Positions 32,247 to 43,237 are shown, counted from the first letter of the stretch. The stretch: 64,000 nucleotides of DNA from an uncultured Bacteroides sp. (GCA_900555635.1 USLU01000022.1:237-64236); one strand, 5' to 3'. Notes: generated from the sequence alone by a model not told the origin. Program-made: numbers and translations.

Positions 32247-33590
32247 ATGAATATGATTAAATTAGACATTGAGAAAACACTCGGATTCATCTCAAAAGAG
32301 AACGTTTTCGCCTATGAAGCCCAAGTAAAGGCTGCACAGGAAGCATTAGAAAATGGCACAGGCAAGGGTAATGATTTCTTAGGTTGGTTACACCTCCCCT
32401 CCTCCATAACAAAAGAGCATTTGGCTGACCTGAAAGCTACTGCACAGGTATTACGTGAAAACTGCGAAGTGGTGATTGTTGCCGGTATCGGCGGAAGCTA
32501 CCTCGGTACACGTGCAGTTGTCGAAGCTTTATCAAACAGCTTCACTTGGTTGCAAGATAAGAAGACCGCTCCGGTCATCATCTACGCCGGACACAACATT
32601 GGTGAAGACTATCTGTACGAACTTACAGAATTCTTGAAAGACAAGAAGTTCGGTGTTATCAACATTTCTAAGTCAGGTACTACTACCGAAACAGCTTTGG
32701 CTTTCCGTCTGCTGAAAAAACAATGCGAAGAACAACGCGGTAAGGAAATGGCAAAGAAAGTAATCGTTGCCATTACAGATGCCAAGAAGGGTGCTGCCCG
32801 TGTAACAGCTAACAACGAAGGTTACAAATCATTCATCATCCCCGATAATGTAGGTGGCCGTTTCTCTGTACTTACTCCGGTAGGTCTGTTACCCATTGCT
32901 ATTGCCGGTTTCGATATCGAGAAGTTGGTTGCCGGTGCTGTTGCCATGGAGAAAGCTTGTGGAAAAGATGTTCCGTTTGCCGAGAACCCTGCTGCTATCT
33001 ATGCTGCTACCCGTAACGAACTTTACAAGAGTGGCAAGAAGATTGAAATCCTCGTAAACTTCAACCCCAAGTTGCACTATGTTAGCGAATGGTGGAAACA
33101 GCTTTACGGAGAATCAGAAGGTAAAGAAAATAAAGGTATCTTCCCTGCTGCCGTTGATTTCTCTACCGACCTTCACTCTATGGGTCAATGGATTCAGGAA
33201 GGTGAACGCACTATCTTCGAAACCGTTATCTCTGTAGAAAAGACCAACCACAAGTTGGAAGTACCCAGCGACGAAGCCAACCTCGACGGTTTGAACTTCC
33301 TTGCCGGCAAGCGTGTAGACGAAGTAAACAAAATGGCCGAACTGGGAACACAACTCGCCCATGTGGACGGTGGTGTACCTAACATGCGTATCGTGATCCC
33401 TGCCCTGAACGAAGAAACTATCGGCGGTTTGCTGTACTTCTTTGAAATTGCTTGCGGTATCAGCGGTTATATTCTCGGTGTTAATCCGTTCGACCAACCG
33501 GGCGTAGAAGCTTACAAGAAGAATATGTTTGCATTGCTCAATAAGCCAGGTTACGAAGCTGAATCTAAAGCTATTCAGGCAAGACTGTAA
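32247..33590 (+). CDS. pgi: Glucose-6-phosphate isomerase
   Basis: [45 protein letters not shown]. Confidence 0.97.
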   Translation: MNMIKLDIEKTLGFISKENVFAYEAQVKAAQEALENGTGKGNDFLGWLHLPSSITKEHLADLKATAQVLRENCEVVIVAGIGGSYLGTRAVVEALSNSFTWLQDKKTAPVIIYAGHNIGEDYLYELTEFLKDKKFGVINISKSGTTTETALAFRLLKKQCEEQRGKEMAKKVIVAITDAKKGAARVTANNEGYKSFIIPDNVGGRFSVLTPVGLLPIAIAGFDIEKLVAGAVAMEKACGKDVPFAENPAAIYAATRNELYKSGKKIEILVNFNPKLHYVSEWWKQLYGESEGKENKGIFPAAVDFSTDLHSMGQWIQEGERTIFETVISVEKTNHKLEVPSDEANLDGLNFLAGKRVDEVNKMAELGTQLAHVDGGVPNMRIVIPALNEETIGGLLYFFEIACGISGYILGVNPFDQPGVEAYKKNMFALLNKPGYEAESKAIQARL

Positions 33591-33611
33591 TCTACTGATA
33601 ACAGAATATCC

Positions 33612-33647
33612 AATCAGGCACGGGATTGATTCCGTGCCTGATTTTTT
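33612..33647 (+). terminator. Intrinsic terminator after pgi
   Basis: aatcaggcacgg / ccgtgcctgatt followed by T run; the next -7 box TATCTTTG is at 33649-33656. Confidence 0.8.
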
Positions 33648-33681
33648 GTATCTTTGCCGTCACAAAACAATAGGTATTTAT

Positions 33682-34422
33682 ATGTTCGAAAAATCCATTG
33701 CCCGTTATCTGGAAAAGCATGGGCACTCTAATATCCAATTAAAGGCCGTTCTCTTTGACATGGACGGTGTACTGTTCAATTCAATGCCCTATCATGCCGA
33801 TGCATGGCACAAGACCATGGAACGCCATGGCCTGCATCTGAGCCGCGAAGAAGCCTATATGCACGAAGGTCGCACTGGAGCAGCAACAGTGAACATTGTT
33901 TATCAACGTCAATTCGGGAAAGAAGCTACTCCCGAAATAATAGAAAGCATTTACGCCGAGAAAAGTGCGGAGTTCAATAGAAATCCCGAACCGGAACGTA
34001 TGCCGGGTGCCTGGGAAGTATTGCAAGAAGTGAAATCCAACGGACTTACTCCGGTACTTGTTACCGGTTCCGGGCAACATTCTCTGTTAGACCGCCTAGT
34101 ACATAACTTTCCCGGCATGTTTCAACGCGAACGCATGGTAACAGCTTTCGATGTAAAATATGGCAAGCCCCATCCCGAACCTTATCTGATGGGCTTGGAA
34201 AAGGCAGGTGTAAATGCCAATGAAGCTATCGTAGTGGAAAATGCCCCTATCGGCGTACAGGCAGGAGCAGCAGCCGGTATATTTACTGTAGCAGTCAATA
34301 CCGGTCCGATAGACGATCAAGTATTGTTAGAGGCAGGAGCTGATGTATTGTTTCCTTCTATGCAGGCACTTCGCGATAACTGGTCAGCATTGTACCAAGC
34401 ATTTTGCAAACAGCAACGATAA
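33682..34422 (+). CDS. HAD-family phosphatase (beta-PGM-like)
   Basis: FDMDGVL, VTGS, GKPHPEPY, VVENA; likely start MFEKS at 33682. Confidence 0.88.
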   Translation: MFEKSIARYLEKHGHSNIQLKAVLFDMDGVLFNSMPYHADAWHKTMERHGLHLSREEAYMHEGRTGAATVNIVYQRQFGKEATPEIIESIYAEKSAEFNRNPEPERMPGAWEVLQEVKSNGLTPVLVTGSGQHSLLDRLVHNFPGMFQRERMVTAFDVKYGKPHPEPYLMGLEKAGVNANEAIVVENAPIGVQAGAAAGIFTVAVNTGPIDDQVLLEAGADVLFPSMQALRDNWSALYQAFCKQQR

Positions 34423-34453
34423 AGCATCGTTGTTGAAACCATCACTAAACCAA

Positions 34454-34490
34454 AAACTCCCTCCGCAAATCATTCATGCAGAGGGAGTTT
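34454..34490. terminator. Bidirectional hairpin between the HAD gene and the tRNA
   Basis: aaactccctc / gagggagttt stem. Confidence 0.65.
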
Positions 34491-34499
34491 CTTGTTTAG

Positions 34500-34572
34500 T
34501 GACCCCGGTGCGATTCAAACGCACGACCTTCAGAACCGGAATCTGACGCTCTATTCACTAAGCTACGGAGCC
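34500..34572 (-). tRNA. tRNA-Arg(CCG)
   Basis: Cloverleaf GGCTCCG TA GCTT AGTGAATA GAGC G TCAGA TT-CCG-GT TCTGA AGGTC GTGCG TTTGAAT CGCAC CGGGGTC A; CCA not encoded; -7 box at 34583-34590. Confidence 0.93.
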
Positions 34573-34786
34573 AAATGCGGAACAAAAGTATAAAAAATAT
34601 TAGCATATTCCTAACAATAAAGAGTTTTTTCAAGTAAATTCTTTCAGTTAGTACTATTATTATTTTGAGTGTACGACTTCTACATCTATATACATTTTGT
34701 TATTTTTTTAATTAAAAAGCAAGCAAGTATCAATATTATTTCTATCTTTGCCGAACAATTTAATAGAAGTTTGATAGTGTAAACTT

Positions 34787-35824
34787 ATGAGCTACTTAAT
34801 AAAACCTGAAGGATATAAACCTTTACTTGATCTAAAGCAAACAGAATTAGGAATTAAACAGATTAAAGAGTTCTTCCAATTGAACCTTTCATCCGAACTA
34901 CGCTTGCGTCGTGTCACCGCCCCCCTCTTTGTATTAAAAGGTATGGGTATTAATGATGACCTGAACGGCGTGGAGCGTGCAGTTTCTTTCCCTATCAAGG
35001 ATTTAGGCGATGCACAAGCGGAAGTAGTACACTCCCTTGCCAAATGGAAACGGCTGACACTTGCCGAATATCGTATAGAACCCGGTTATGGAATCTACAC
35101 AGATATGAATGCTATCCGTGCCGACGAAGAGTTGGGCAATCTTCACTCCCTGTATGTGGATCAATGGGACTGGGAACGTGTTATCACGGCCGAAGACCGT
35201 AATATAGAGTTCCTGAAAGAGATAGTCAACCGTATTTATGCCGCCATGGTGCGTACCGAATATATGGTATATGAAATGTATCCGCAAATTAAGCCATGCT
35301 TACCACAAAAATTACACTTCATCCATGCAGAAGAATTGCGTCAACTCTATCCTGACTTGGAACCTAAATGCCGTGAACATGCCATCTGTAAGAAGTTTGG
35401 CGCTGTCTTTATCATCGGTATCGGGTGCAAGCTTAGTGACGGTAAGAAACATGACGGACGTGCTCCGGACTATGATGACTATACCACTCCCGGACTAAAT
35501 GACCTACCGGGTTTGAATGGCGATTTATTACTCTGGGATCATGTGCTGCAACGCAGTATCGAACTTTCTTCTATGGGTATTCGTGTGGATAAAGCAACCC
35601 TCCTTCGCCAGCTCAAACAAGAAGGAGAAGAGCAACGCATGGAACTATACTTCCACAAACGTTTGATGAATGATACCCTTCCTCTCTCTATAGGTGGCGG
35701 TATCGGTCAATCACGCTTATGTATGACTTACTTGCGCAAAGCACATATTGGTGAAATACAAGCTAGTATTTGGCCCGAAGATATGCGTAAGGAATGCAAA
35801 GAGCACAACATACATTTAATCTAA
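34787..35824 (+). CDS. asnA: Aspartate--ammonia ligase
   Basis: EVVHSLAKWKR, HSLYVDQWDWE, HDGRAPDYDD, SIGGGIGQSRL. Confidence 0.96.
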   Translation: MSYLIKPEGYKPLLDLKQTELGIKQIKEFFQLNLSSELRLRRVTAPLFVLKGMGINDDLNGVERAVSFPIKDLGDAQAEVVHSLAKWKRLTLAEYRIEPGYGIYTDMNAIRADEELGNLHSLYVDQWDWERVITAEDRNIEFLKEIVNRIYAAMVRTEYMVYEMYPQIKPCLPQKLHFIHAEELRQLYPDLEPKCREHAICKKFGAVFIIGIGCKLSDGKKHDGRAPDYDDYTTPGLNDLPGLNGDLLLWDHVLQRSIELSSMGIRVDKATLLRQLKQEGEEQRMELYFHKRLMNDTLPLSIGGGIGQSRLCMTYLRKAHIGEIQASIWPEDMRKECKEHNIHLI

Positions 35825-35848
35825 GATACATTTATCTAACTATACTGT

Positions 35849-35887
35849 ATAAAGTTCAACCCCTCGAAAGGTTGAACTTTATTTTTT
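35849..35887 (+). terminator. Intrinsic terminator after asnA
   Basis: ataaagttcaacc / ggttgaactttat plus T run. Confidence 0.8.
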
Positions 35888-35928
35888 ATTTTGTACTTTA
35901 GCATCCGAAACAATTAACCAAACAAATT

Positions 35929-36591
35929 ATGAATGTTCAAATAGAAGAGAGCTGGAAAGCACATTTACAACCCGAATTTGATAAAGACTACTTCCTGAAA
36001 TTAACAGAGTTTGTTCGTGATGAATATGGAAAATATGCCATATATCCCCCGGGTAAGTTAATGTTCAACGCCTTCAACTTATGCCCTTTCGATAAGGTTA
36101 AAGTAGTAATCATCGGTCAGGACCCCTATCATGGTCCCGGACAAGCACACGGACTTTGTTTTTCTGTCAATGATGGTGTACCTTTCCCTCCTTCTTTGCT
36201 CAATATCTTTAAAGAAATAAAAAATGATATAGGAACAGATGCCCCTCAAACAGGTAATCTTACCCGTTGGGCAGAACAAGGTGTATTATTACTCAACGCC
36301 ACCCTTACTGTACGGGCACATCAAGCAGGTTCTCATCAGAATCGGGGGTGGGAGACCTTTACAGATGCCGCCATCCGTGCACTTGCCGAAGGGAAAGAGC
36401 ATCTTGTTTTCATCCTTTGGGGAGCTTATGCACAAAAGAAAGGCGCCTTTATCGACCGCAATAAACATTTAGTTTTATCCTCCGCCCATCCTTCACCCCT
36501 TTCTGCCTACAACGGTTTCTTCGGCAACAAGCATTTCAGCAAAACCAATGAATACTTAAAAGCACATGGGGAACAAGAAATAAAATGGTAG
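35929..36591 (+). CDS. ung: Uracil-DNA glycosylase
   Basis: GQDPYHGPGQAHGL, PPSL, GVLLLN, HPSPLS. Confidence 0.97.
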   Translation: MNVQIEESWKAHLQPEFDKDYFLKLTEFVRDEYGKYAIYPPGKLMFNAFNLCPFDKVKVVIIGQDPYHGPGQAHGLCFSVNDGVPFPPSLLNIFKEIKNDIGTDAPQTGNLTRWAEQGVLLLNATLTVRAHQAGSHQNRGWETFTDAAIRALAEGKEHLVFILWGAYAQKKGAFIDRNKHLVLSSAHPSPLSAYNGFFGNKHFSKTNEYLKAHGEQEIKW

Positions 36592-36614
36592 AGTTTTAAC
36601 TCTACCATTTTATT
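36579..36614. terminator. Bidirectional terminator overlapping the ends of convergent ung and the LptD-like gene
   Basis: aataaaatggtagagtt / aactctaccattttatt perfect arms. Confidence 0.75.
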
Positions 36615-39351
36615 AATACCACTGGATATTACTCTGCGTCTGGCTTCTCTGTTCCCACTTCAAATCTTGCAGGATACTTGCATTGGCGCGAATCGTAAAA
36701 TTGTAGTACTTCCATCTACCAAATGGAGAAAGTGCTGCGGACATGCTGAAACAGTGCAAATCACGGGTTATATTGAACGAGGTCTGTACTATTTCCTTCG
36801 CATTGAAGTCGTAGCCTGAGTTAAAGCTGACAGCCCATTTATTACTAATCTTAATATTGCCATTAATTCCAAGCGAGTTCAAACTAACCTTATATGGATA
36901 ACGCATATTTTCCCGGTTAATAGGTTTGGTATTATCTTCCGTTATATTGAAACCTGTACTGAAATTAATAGACCAAGGCATCTTGAATACCTGATATCCA
37001 TCTGAATCTACAGCAGCTTTTTCAGTTTTTTTCTTGGTAGTACCCTTACCTGTATCATCTGTATTCTCACTATTTTCATCATTTGCGGCTGCCTCTTTAT
37101 CTTTATCCTGCTCATCATCTTTTTTACCGGAGAAGAAATTGCTTATTTTCTTCCAAGTGTCATTATTGAGCGTCCAGCTGAAAGAAGTACCGTAACCAGA
37201 CCAACGGCCAAAACGACCATAAGACCATTCCGTACGATTGCCGACATATACCTTTCCATTTTTATCAAACTCGTAAGCATAGGTAGCAAAAGTAGAAGCC
37301 ATACTAAACGTATAGTTTTTCCCGAATTTCATACGAAGATTTAACTGCAAGTCACTCCATTGACGAGTCTGCGCTGCCATATTATAAGAAATACTTGCCC
37401 CCAGTTCGTCAATCAAACTAACTTTGCGGATAGAGTCATTCTTATCTTTATACTTCATCTCAAGATTATTGGAGATGCTAAAGTTAATACTTCCCTGCTT
37501 ACCACCACCGGGAGGAGAGAATGCCTGACCAGCATAATAGGAATAATTCACCGTGTCACGCGTTCCATCTTTATTTTCCTTTACATAAGAATCATAGTAG
37601 CCATAACGTGAGGATGTAAAGTCGGGTGCTGCACTAATGCTGACCGAAGGAGTAATGACATGACGAATCTGTATAGCTTTCTTAGGGAAAAATATAGGTT
37701 TATACATGCCATAGATCTTTGTATTAAGCCCTAAACTGGCACTATAATTATACACGCGATGGAAGCCATACGTGGTATCTCTTGCCACTTCTTCATGTTG
37801 AGTATCCCAGTCCTGCTTGATCTTCCGTGTATACCAACGCTCAGTATAATTAACTGAGGGAGTTAGGTTAAAGTACTTGAACAGAGTAAAAGTTGCACTA
37901 ATAGGAATATCATGCTGCATACCATTGTCCCAATCACGCACCAAACTCTTCTTAAAGATCATATTATCTTTAGTCGTAATGCTATTTTTCATACGACCGG
38001 TATAACGCACGGAAATCTTTTCATACCAGCGTTCATTACCAACCGGGTGCTTGCGTTTAAAAGGAAATATAGTACTTAAAGAGATATTCAAATCCGGCAA
38101 AGTTACAGCAATGGACGAGTCTTTCATATTCTGCGCAATATTACCCGAAGCTGAAATACTAAGGTGTTGATCAGGAAAATTGCGTGAGTAACTGACACTG
38201 GATGTTTTCGTATTTTGCGACATAGCCTGCGCATTGTACATATTACCAATATTAGTGCGTTCGTAACTACTCGTAGCAAAATTCACACTGGCAGAAAAGG
38301 TAGAGTTCGGACTAGCCTTAGGATCTTGACGATGCGACCATACCACCTTGAAGTCTTTAGCTACAGAATAATCAGGCAAGCCTTTATCTCCTGTTTTAGT
38401 TACCTGATAGTTCGCCTGCAACATTCCGGAGAATTTATATCGCTTTACATAATTAGTCTCAGCATTCAAAGCCCAGGAACCTTTTGTAAATATATCCCCC
38501 CGCAACTTCAGATCCATTTGGTCACTGATAGCGAAATAGTAACCACCATCCGTCAAACCAAAACCACGGTTTGAGTCATCCATATAGGTCGGCATCAAAA
38601 AACCGGACTGATAACTGCTTGAGAAGGGGAAGAAAAAGAATGGAACTGCAAGCGGTAAAGGTACATCTTCTACTACCAGATAAGCAGGTCCCGTCACCAC
38701 ATTTTTCTTCGGACGTACCTTGGCATAAGTCATTTGCATGTAGAAGTGAGGATGATCGTGATGGTCACAAGTAGTATAACGACCACTTTTCATGTAGAGT
38801 TCGTCATTTAGCCCCTTTTTGGCATTGTTTCCTGTAACATAACCTTCACCTTGCTGACTTACAACATTACTGATAAGACCTTTTTTACTTTTGAAATTAT
38901 AGCGGATTGTATTGGTTTCGTAAGGAGTCTCCCCATCTTTAAACACTGGAGTACCTTGCATGACTCCTAAAGAATCTTCTACTCCATGAGCATACACCGT
39001 ACTACTATCCATATTCATGGTAATAACATCAGCAGCCAATTCGATCTTCTCGTAATTCACTTTTCCCTGTCCGTACAAGTGCGCATAACCTCCTTGAGTA
39101 AACACAATTGAGTCAGTAGCTTCATAAGTAACGGGTGCATCCAATCCTTCCTTCTTGGGTAGAGGAGGTGTTATAGTGTCTTTCCGCAACGAATCATTCA
39201 ACAGTGTATCGCCATTCTGCAAAGAATCCGGCTGTTGACTTCGCGGTATCATTCCCCTTCCCCGACGCTGAGACACAGCCTCACCAGAAAGTAGGAGCAA
39301 GACAAATAGTAGTATAAATGATATGAATGTATTTGCTTTCAATGGCGTCAT
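36613..39351 (-). CDS. LptD-like LPS-assembly outer-membrane protein
   Basis: Signal peptide from MTPLKAN (39351), OstA-like N-domain, YTTCD motif, long beta-barrel, RDLHCF near the C-terminus. Confidence 0.8.
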   Translation of the reverse strand: MTPLKANTFISFILLFVLLLLSGEAVSQRRGRGMIPRSQQPDSLQNGDTLLNDSLRKDTITPPLPKKEGLDAPVTYEATDSIVFTQGGYAHLYGQGKVNYEKIELAADVITMNMDSSTVYAHGVEDSLGVMQGTPVFKDGETPYETNTIRYNFKSKKGLISNVVSQQGEGYVTGNNAKKGLNDELYMKSGRYTTCDHHDHPHFYMQMTYAKVRPKKNVVTGPAYLVVEDVPLPLAVPFFFFPFSSSYQSGFLMPTYMDDSNRGFGLTDGGYYFAISDQMDLKLRGDIFTKGSWALNAETNYVKRYKFSGMLQANYQVTKTGDKGLPDYSVAKDFKVVWSHRQDPKASPNSTFSASVNFATSSYERTNIGNMYNAQAMSQNTKTSSVSYSRNFPDQHLSISASGNIAQNMKDSSIAVTLPDLNISLSTIFPFKRKHPVGNERWYEKISVRYTGRMKNSITTKDNMIFKKSLVRDWDNGMQHDIPISATFTLFKYFNLTPSVNYTERWYTRKIKQDWDTQHEEVARDTTYGFHRVYNYSASLGLNTKIYGMYKPIFFPKKAIQIRHVITPSVSISAAPDFTSSRYGYYDSYVKENKDGTRDTVNYSYYAGQAFSPPGGGKQGSINFSISNNLEMKYKDKNDSIRKVSLIDELGASISYNMAAQTRQWSDLQLNLRMKFGKNYTFSMASTFATYAYEFDKNGKVYVGNRTEWSYGRFGRWSGYGTSFSWTLNNDTWKKISNFFSGKKDDEQDKDKEAAANDENSENTDDTGKGTTKKKTEKAAVDSDGYQVFKMPWSINFSTGFNITEDNTKPINRENMRYPYKVSLNSLGINGNIKISNKWAVSFNSGYDFNAKEIVQTSFNITRDLHCFSMSAALSPFGRWKYYNFTIRANASILQDLKWEQRSQTQSNIQWY

Positions 39352-39430
39352 TAACTTATAGTTTACGCTTGAAGGGGCAAAAGTACGTATTTTATACGGA
39401 TAATCTCCCTTTTTAAAGAAATTTAGATTG

Positions 39431-39967
39431 CTACAAGAACTGTTCGCACCAACAATCAAAGCGTTGTAAGCCGGCATCGCCATAGCGTTCCAAGCTTTTG
39501 CGCGCTTTTTCGACACTCTTTTCCTTGTCCAAACGGGTCTTTGAATAGAACTTATCGGCAAAGCAAATGACCTGCTCTTCCAGACTCACCGGAACCATTT
39601 CCCGATGCGGAACAGGCAAACCTTGCGCGATAATCTCTTCTAATGAAAGTCCTGCACCCGTATGACGTTCACAAACCAACGCATGACGAGGATATCCTTC
39701 CTCACGCATTAAGTCGGCCCCTAAATATCCATGACAAATATAAGGCTTATCACCAAAACAATAAATACCATCGGCGTCGGTAAGAAAAATGCCAAGATCA
39801 TGCAACATGGCAGCCTCATACAGGAACTCCTTGTCCAGTACAAGTTCCGGATGATGATCAGCAATCAGCAATGCTTTATCTGCCACTGAATGGCTATGAG
39901 TTAGCAAGATATGCTTCAACTCATTTTCTACCGGATAATACTTATCTATAATATGAATCGGATTCAC
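39431..39967 (-). CDS. HD-domain (HDIG) phosphohydrolase
   Basis: HSHSV, AMLHDLG, HG, RHTG, ADK. Confidence 0.85.
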   Translation of the reverse strand: MNPIHIIDKYYPVENELKHILLTHSHSVADKALLIADHHPELVLDKEFLYEAAMLHDLGIFLTDADGIYCFGDKPYICHGYLGADLMREEGYPRHALVCERHTGAGLSLEEIIAQGLPVPHREMVPVSLEEQVICFADKFYSKTRLDKEKSVEKARKSLERYGDAGLQRFDCWCEQFL

Positions 39968-39987
39968 TTTGATTTATGAAATTTCAA

Positions 39988-41700
39988 TTAATTACGTTTA
40001 AATTGGTACATACATATTTCATTACGCATATCACAACTACGCTTCTCTGTACGAAACACTTTTTCCAATTGATATGTTTTACTCAATTCTTCCAGCATCT
40101 TCTGCTCGTCCTTTTCTGGTACTAATAAATAACCTTCAGCAGGTTGCTCCACTTCAATATGTCTCATACGATCATCCAAATAAAAATTAGTGCAATAAAA
40201 ACTCATGGACGAATATGAATAAACCGGTCCTTCAGGTATCAGCGTTTTTACTTGTTCCGCCAGATGTTTATCTGATTTCACAGATAATACGATCGGTTGA
40301 TATACACCATCCAAAACAACAAACATACAAAGCATACACCCTGCAATACCATATAATAAAGAGCGGGTATCAACACGTTTAACTACCATTCGTAACGTAC
40401 AAACAGAAGCTATTACAGGAAGCGCAATCAAGAACCATTTGGGTATCGATAATGAAGTATCTTTTAAAGCATTCATAAATCCGATATTTTCGGCAGCATG
40501 ACGTCCACTCCCCCAAATACTTTCAGGAACCAGTCCGCAACGAACAAAAACAAACACTAAAGTCAGTAATAGCCCAAGGGAAGCAAATATGATCGCACAA
40601 ATCTTAAAGACCTTTGCTCCACGTTGTACCAAAGCCAACAAATATTCGGCAATCAACATCGCCATAAACGGATAGATAGGGAGCAGGTAGACACTTCGTT
40701 TGCTCTTTGGAATGCAATAGAATATAAAGATAATCAATATGACCAACCATGTGAACAGCTGTATGGGTGACTGGTTACGGAAAGCTATCCAACCTTTCTT
40801 CAATCGCTGTACTATTCCATCTCCCTGTGGCAAGAACTGCATATTTTTCCATTTCAGACCAAACAAAGAAATAACCAAGACCAACGTCCAAGGTACCCAT
40901 CCCCAAATTAAAGTTAGAAAATTATACCAAATAGGATTTTCATGAGATTCATAGGACATCTTATGAAACAGGCGTCCTGCATTTTCTTCAATCATTAAAT
41001 CGGAAAATTCTTTTCCTCCCTGCTGATAAGCAGCCCAATACCAGATAGCCAATGGAATAAGCGAAAGCAATCCGATGCCTGCCAGTGAAAAGAAAGCCTT
41101 AGCAAAGGAACGACCACGCATCAATTGGTATACACCAATCACCAGACATGGAAAAACACTACCTACCGGTCCTTTAGTCAACGAAGCACATGCCATCAGA
41201 AGCACCGCAAGCCAAGGTACTCCACGGCTGTTCTTTTCATCCCATCGATACAACAAACAAAGTGAGATCACAATCAAAGAAACCTGCAACATATCCAACC
41301 GACAAGCAACCGCCGCACGATGTACTTCAAATGAAGTCAATAGAAGGATAGAAGTCAACAAAGCAACCTTTATATCTTTACGTTTCGCCACAAATACAAA
41401 AAACACCAGTTGCATAGCTATAAATGATAAGGCAGATGGCAAACGGGAAGTAAATTCCGTAACTTCACCCGAAATAGCAGAAAAGACAGCAATAGACCAA
41501 TAGAGAAAAGGAGGTTTATAAGCGATATCCGTTCCGTAATTTAACGGAAGTATCCAATTTCCACTTTCCAATATGGAAAATGCCACAATCGCCTCTCGTG
41601 GTTCTCCTTTAGAATAGAAGATAGTTTCCCCTAAAAAGGGTACTATAACAAGCACACTCAGTAATGCAATAAACCAGAACGCCTTCTTCCTGTCTGACAT
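39988..41700 (-). CDS. ArnT/PMT-like membrane glycosyltransferase (GT-C fold)
   Basis: GEPREA, YKPPFLYW, SRLPSAL, LTKGPVG, KRSVYLLPIYP; many TM segments. Confidence 0.85.
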   Translation of the reverse strand: MSDRKKAFWFIALLSVLVIVPFLGETIFYSKGEPREAIVAFSILESGNWILPLNYGTDIAYKPPFLYWSIAVFSAISGEVTEFTSRLPSALSFIAMQLVFFVFVAKRKDIKVALLTSILLLTSFEVHRAAVACRLDMLQVSLIVISLCLLYRWDEKNSRGVPWLAVLLMACASLTKGPVGSVFPCLVIGVYQLMRGRSFAKAFFSLAGIGLLSLIPLAIWYWAAYQQGGKEFSDLMIEENAGRLFHKMSYESHENPIWYNFLTLIWGWVPWTLVLVISLFGLKWKNMQFLPQGDGIVQRLKKGWIAFRNQSPIQLFTWLVILIIFIFYCIPKSKRSVYLLPIYPFMAMLIAEYLLALVQRGAKVFKICAIIFASLGLLLTLVFVFVRCGLVPESIWGSGRHAAENIGFMNALKDTSLSIPKWFLIALPVIASVCTLRMVVKRVDTRSLLYGIAGCMLCMFVVLDGVYQPIVLSVKSDKHLAEQVKTLIPEGPVYSYSSMSFYCTNFYLDDRMRHIEVEQPAEGYLLVPEKDEQKMLEELSKTYQLEKVFRTEKRSCDMRNEICMYQFKRN

Positions 41701-41796
41701 AATTTTATTCGTTTTTTATGTTTTCGCCGGACAAAAGTACAAATTATTCTGCAACAATACCTAATTTTGCATGCGTAATGCAATAAAACCAGGCTA

Positions 41797-42174
41797 ATGA
41801 TTAATTTTAAAAAGCTATCGGAGTTTATCCGCTTTGTCATAGTGGGAATTATCGCTACTATAATACATTACGGATTATACTTTATATTACAACAAATTAT
41901 TGATGTAAATATAGCCTATACCATAGGTTATGTTTGTAGTTTTGTTGCTAACTTCTATCTCACTGCCTATTTTACTTTCAGAAAAAAACCTTCCTGGAAC
42001 AAAGCATTTGGTTTCGGTGGAGCACATCTCTGTAATTACTTACTGCATATAGGACTCTTAAATTTGTTCTTATGGCTAGGAGTTACCAAACCTCTAGCGC
42101 CTTTTCCTGTTTTCGCAATTGCTATTCCCATCAACTTTTTACTTGTCCGATTTGTTTTCAAAAGAAAAGACTGA
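41797..42174 (+). CDS. GtrA-family flippase
   Basis: 125 aa, 4 TM, EFIRFVIVG...NFLLVRFVFK. Confidence 0.85.
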   Translation: MINFKKLSEFIRFVIVGIIATIIHYGLYFILQQIIDVNIAYTIGYVCSFVANFYLTAYFTFRKKPSWNKAFGFGGAHLCNYLLHIGLLNLFLWLGVTKPLAPFPVFAIAIPINFLLVRFVFKRKD

Positions 42175-42236
42175 CAATTTTAACATAAAACGTCTTTAAA
42201 CTGTCGCAAAAACAATATCTTTGCAAGACATTCACC

Positions 42237-43205
42237 ATGCGTATAGACAAGATGAAAAAAGTAACTCTACTAGTTCCGGTTTATAATGAAGAAGCGATGC
42301 TTCCTACCCTCTATGGACGTTTGATAGAACTTATCAAACGTAACAACAATTATGAATGGGAAATTCTTTTCATCAACGATGGAAGTAGTGACAACACCCT
42401 GGCAGTCATTCGCCAACTACGGCAAACCGACTTAAGGGTAAATTATGTAAATCTCTCCCGTAACTTCGGCAAGGAAGTAGCTATGCTGGCAGGATTCGAC
42501 TACTCTACAGGAGATTGCTGTGTAGTAATGGATGCAGACTTACAAGACCCTCCGGAACTGGTAGACCAAATGTTGCAATATTGGGAAGAAGGTTATGATG
42601 ATATTTATGCAAAACGTCGTAACAGAGGCGAAGAAAGCTGGTTACGCCGACGTCTTTCACTCGCATTCTATACATTACTGCAAAAGATGAGCAGAATTGA
42701 TATTTTACCCAATGTAGGAGACTTCCGCTTGCTAGACCGTAGATGTGTGCTCACATTACGACGCTTACGTGAGCAAGAACGCTATACTAAGGGATTATTC
42801 TGCTGGATAGGCTACAACAAGAAAGGGATTGAGTTCGATCGCGGAGACCGTTTAGCAGGTCATTCTTCCTGGAGTTTCTTCAAGCTACTCAACCTAGCTA
42901 TCGAAGGAATCACTTCCTCTTCAACCGCTCCACTAAGAATAGCAACCTTTTTCGGAATGTTATGCGGAATCTCCAGTTTTATATACGCCATCTATTTCCT
43001 AGTGAAAACCATTATGTTTGGTGACCAAGCTGCCGGTTTTCCTACCTTGATTATAGTAATTCTCTTCCTGGGTGGTATACAACTATTCTCTTTAGGGATA
43101 ATAGGAGAATATATAGGACGAATCTTCAAGGAAACCAAAGGACGCCCCACTTATATCGCTTCTGATTATAATGAAAACAAACTGGGCTACGAGAATAATC
43201 TTTAG
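42237..43205 (+). CDS. GT2 undecaprenyl-phosphate glycosyltransferase (GtrB-like)
   Basis: VPVYNEE, INDGSSD, SRNFGKE, MDADLQDPP, two C-terminal TM, GEYIGRIF.E.K.RP. Confidence 0.92.
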   Translation: MRIDKMKKVTLLVPVYNEEAMLPTLYGRLIELIKRNNNYEWEILFINDGSSDNTLAVIRQLRQTDLRVNYVNLSRNFGKEVAMLAGFDYSTGDCCVVMDADLQDPPELVDQMLQYWEEGYDDIYAKRRNRGEESWLRRRLSLAFYTLLQKMSRIDILPNVGDFRLLDRRCVLTLRRLREQERYTKGLFCWIGYNKKGIEFDRGDRLAGHSSWSFFKLLNLAIEGITSSSTAPLRIATFFGMLCGISSFIYAIYFLVKTIMFGDQAAGFPTLIIVILFLGGIQLFSLGIIGEYIGRIFKETKGRPTYIASDYNENKLGYENNL

Positions 43206-43237
43206 TATGAATTGCGGAAGAAGTATTAAGCTATTTT

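Noticed and set aside
34500..34572. tRNA-Arg as the element's integration site
   Set aside because: No duplicated tRNA 3' end was found; the att repeats map to the transporter gene about 9 kb away
39352..39561. N-terminal extensions in the ORF track (LptD-like, ROK, HAD, relaxase, excisionase, nitroreductase)
   Set aside because: They overlap neighbouring genes, promoters or oriT; downstream ATGs fit the family N-termini and -7 box positions better
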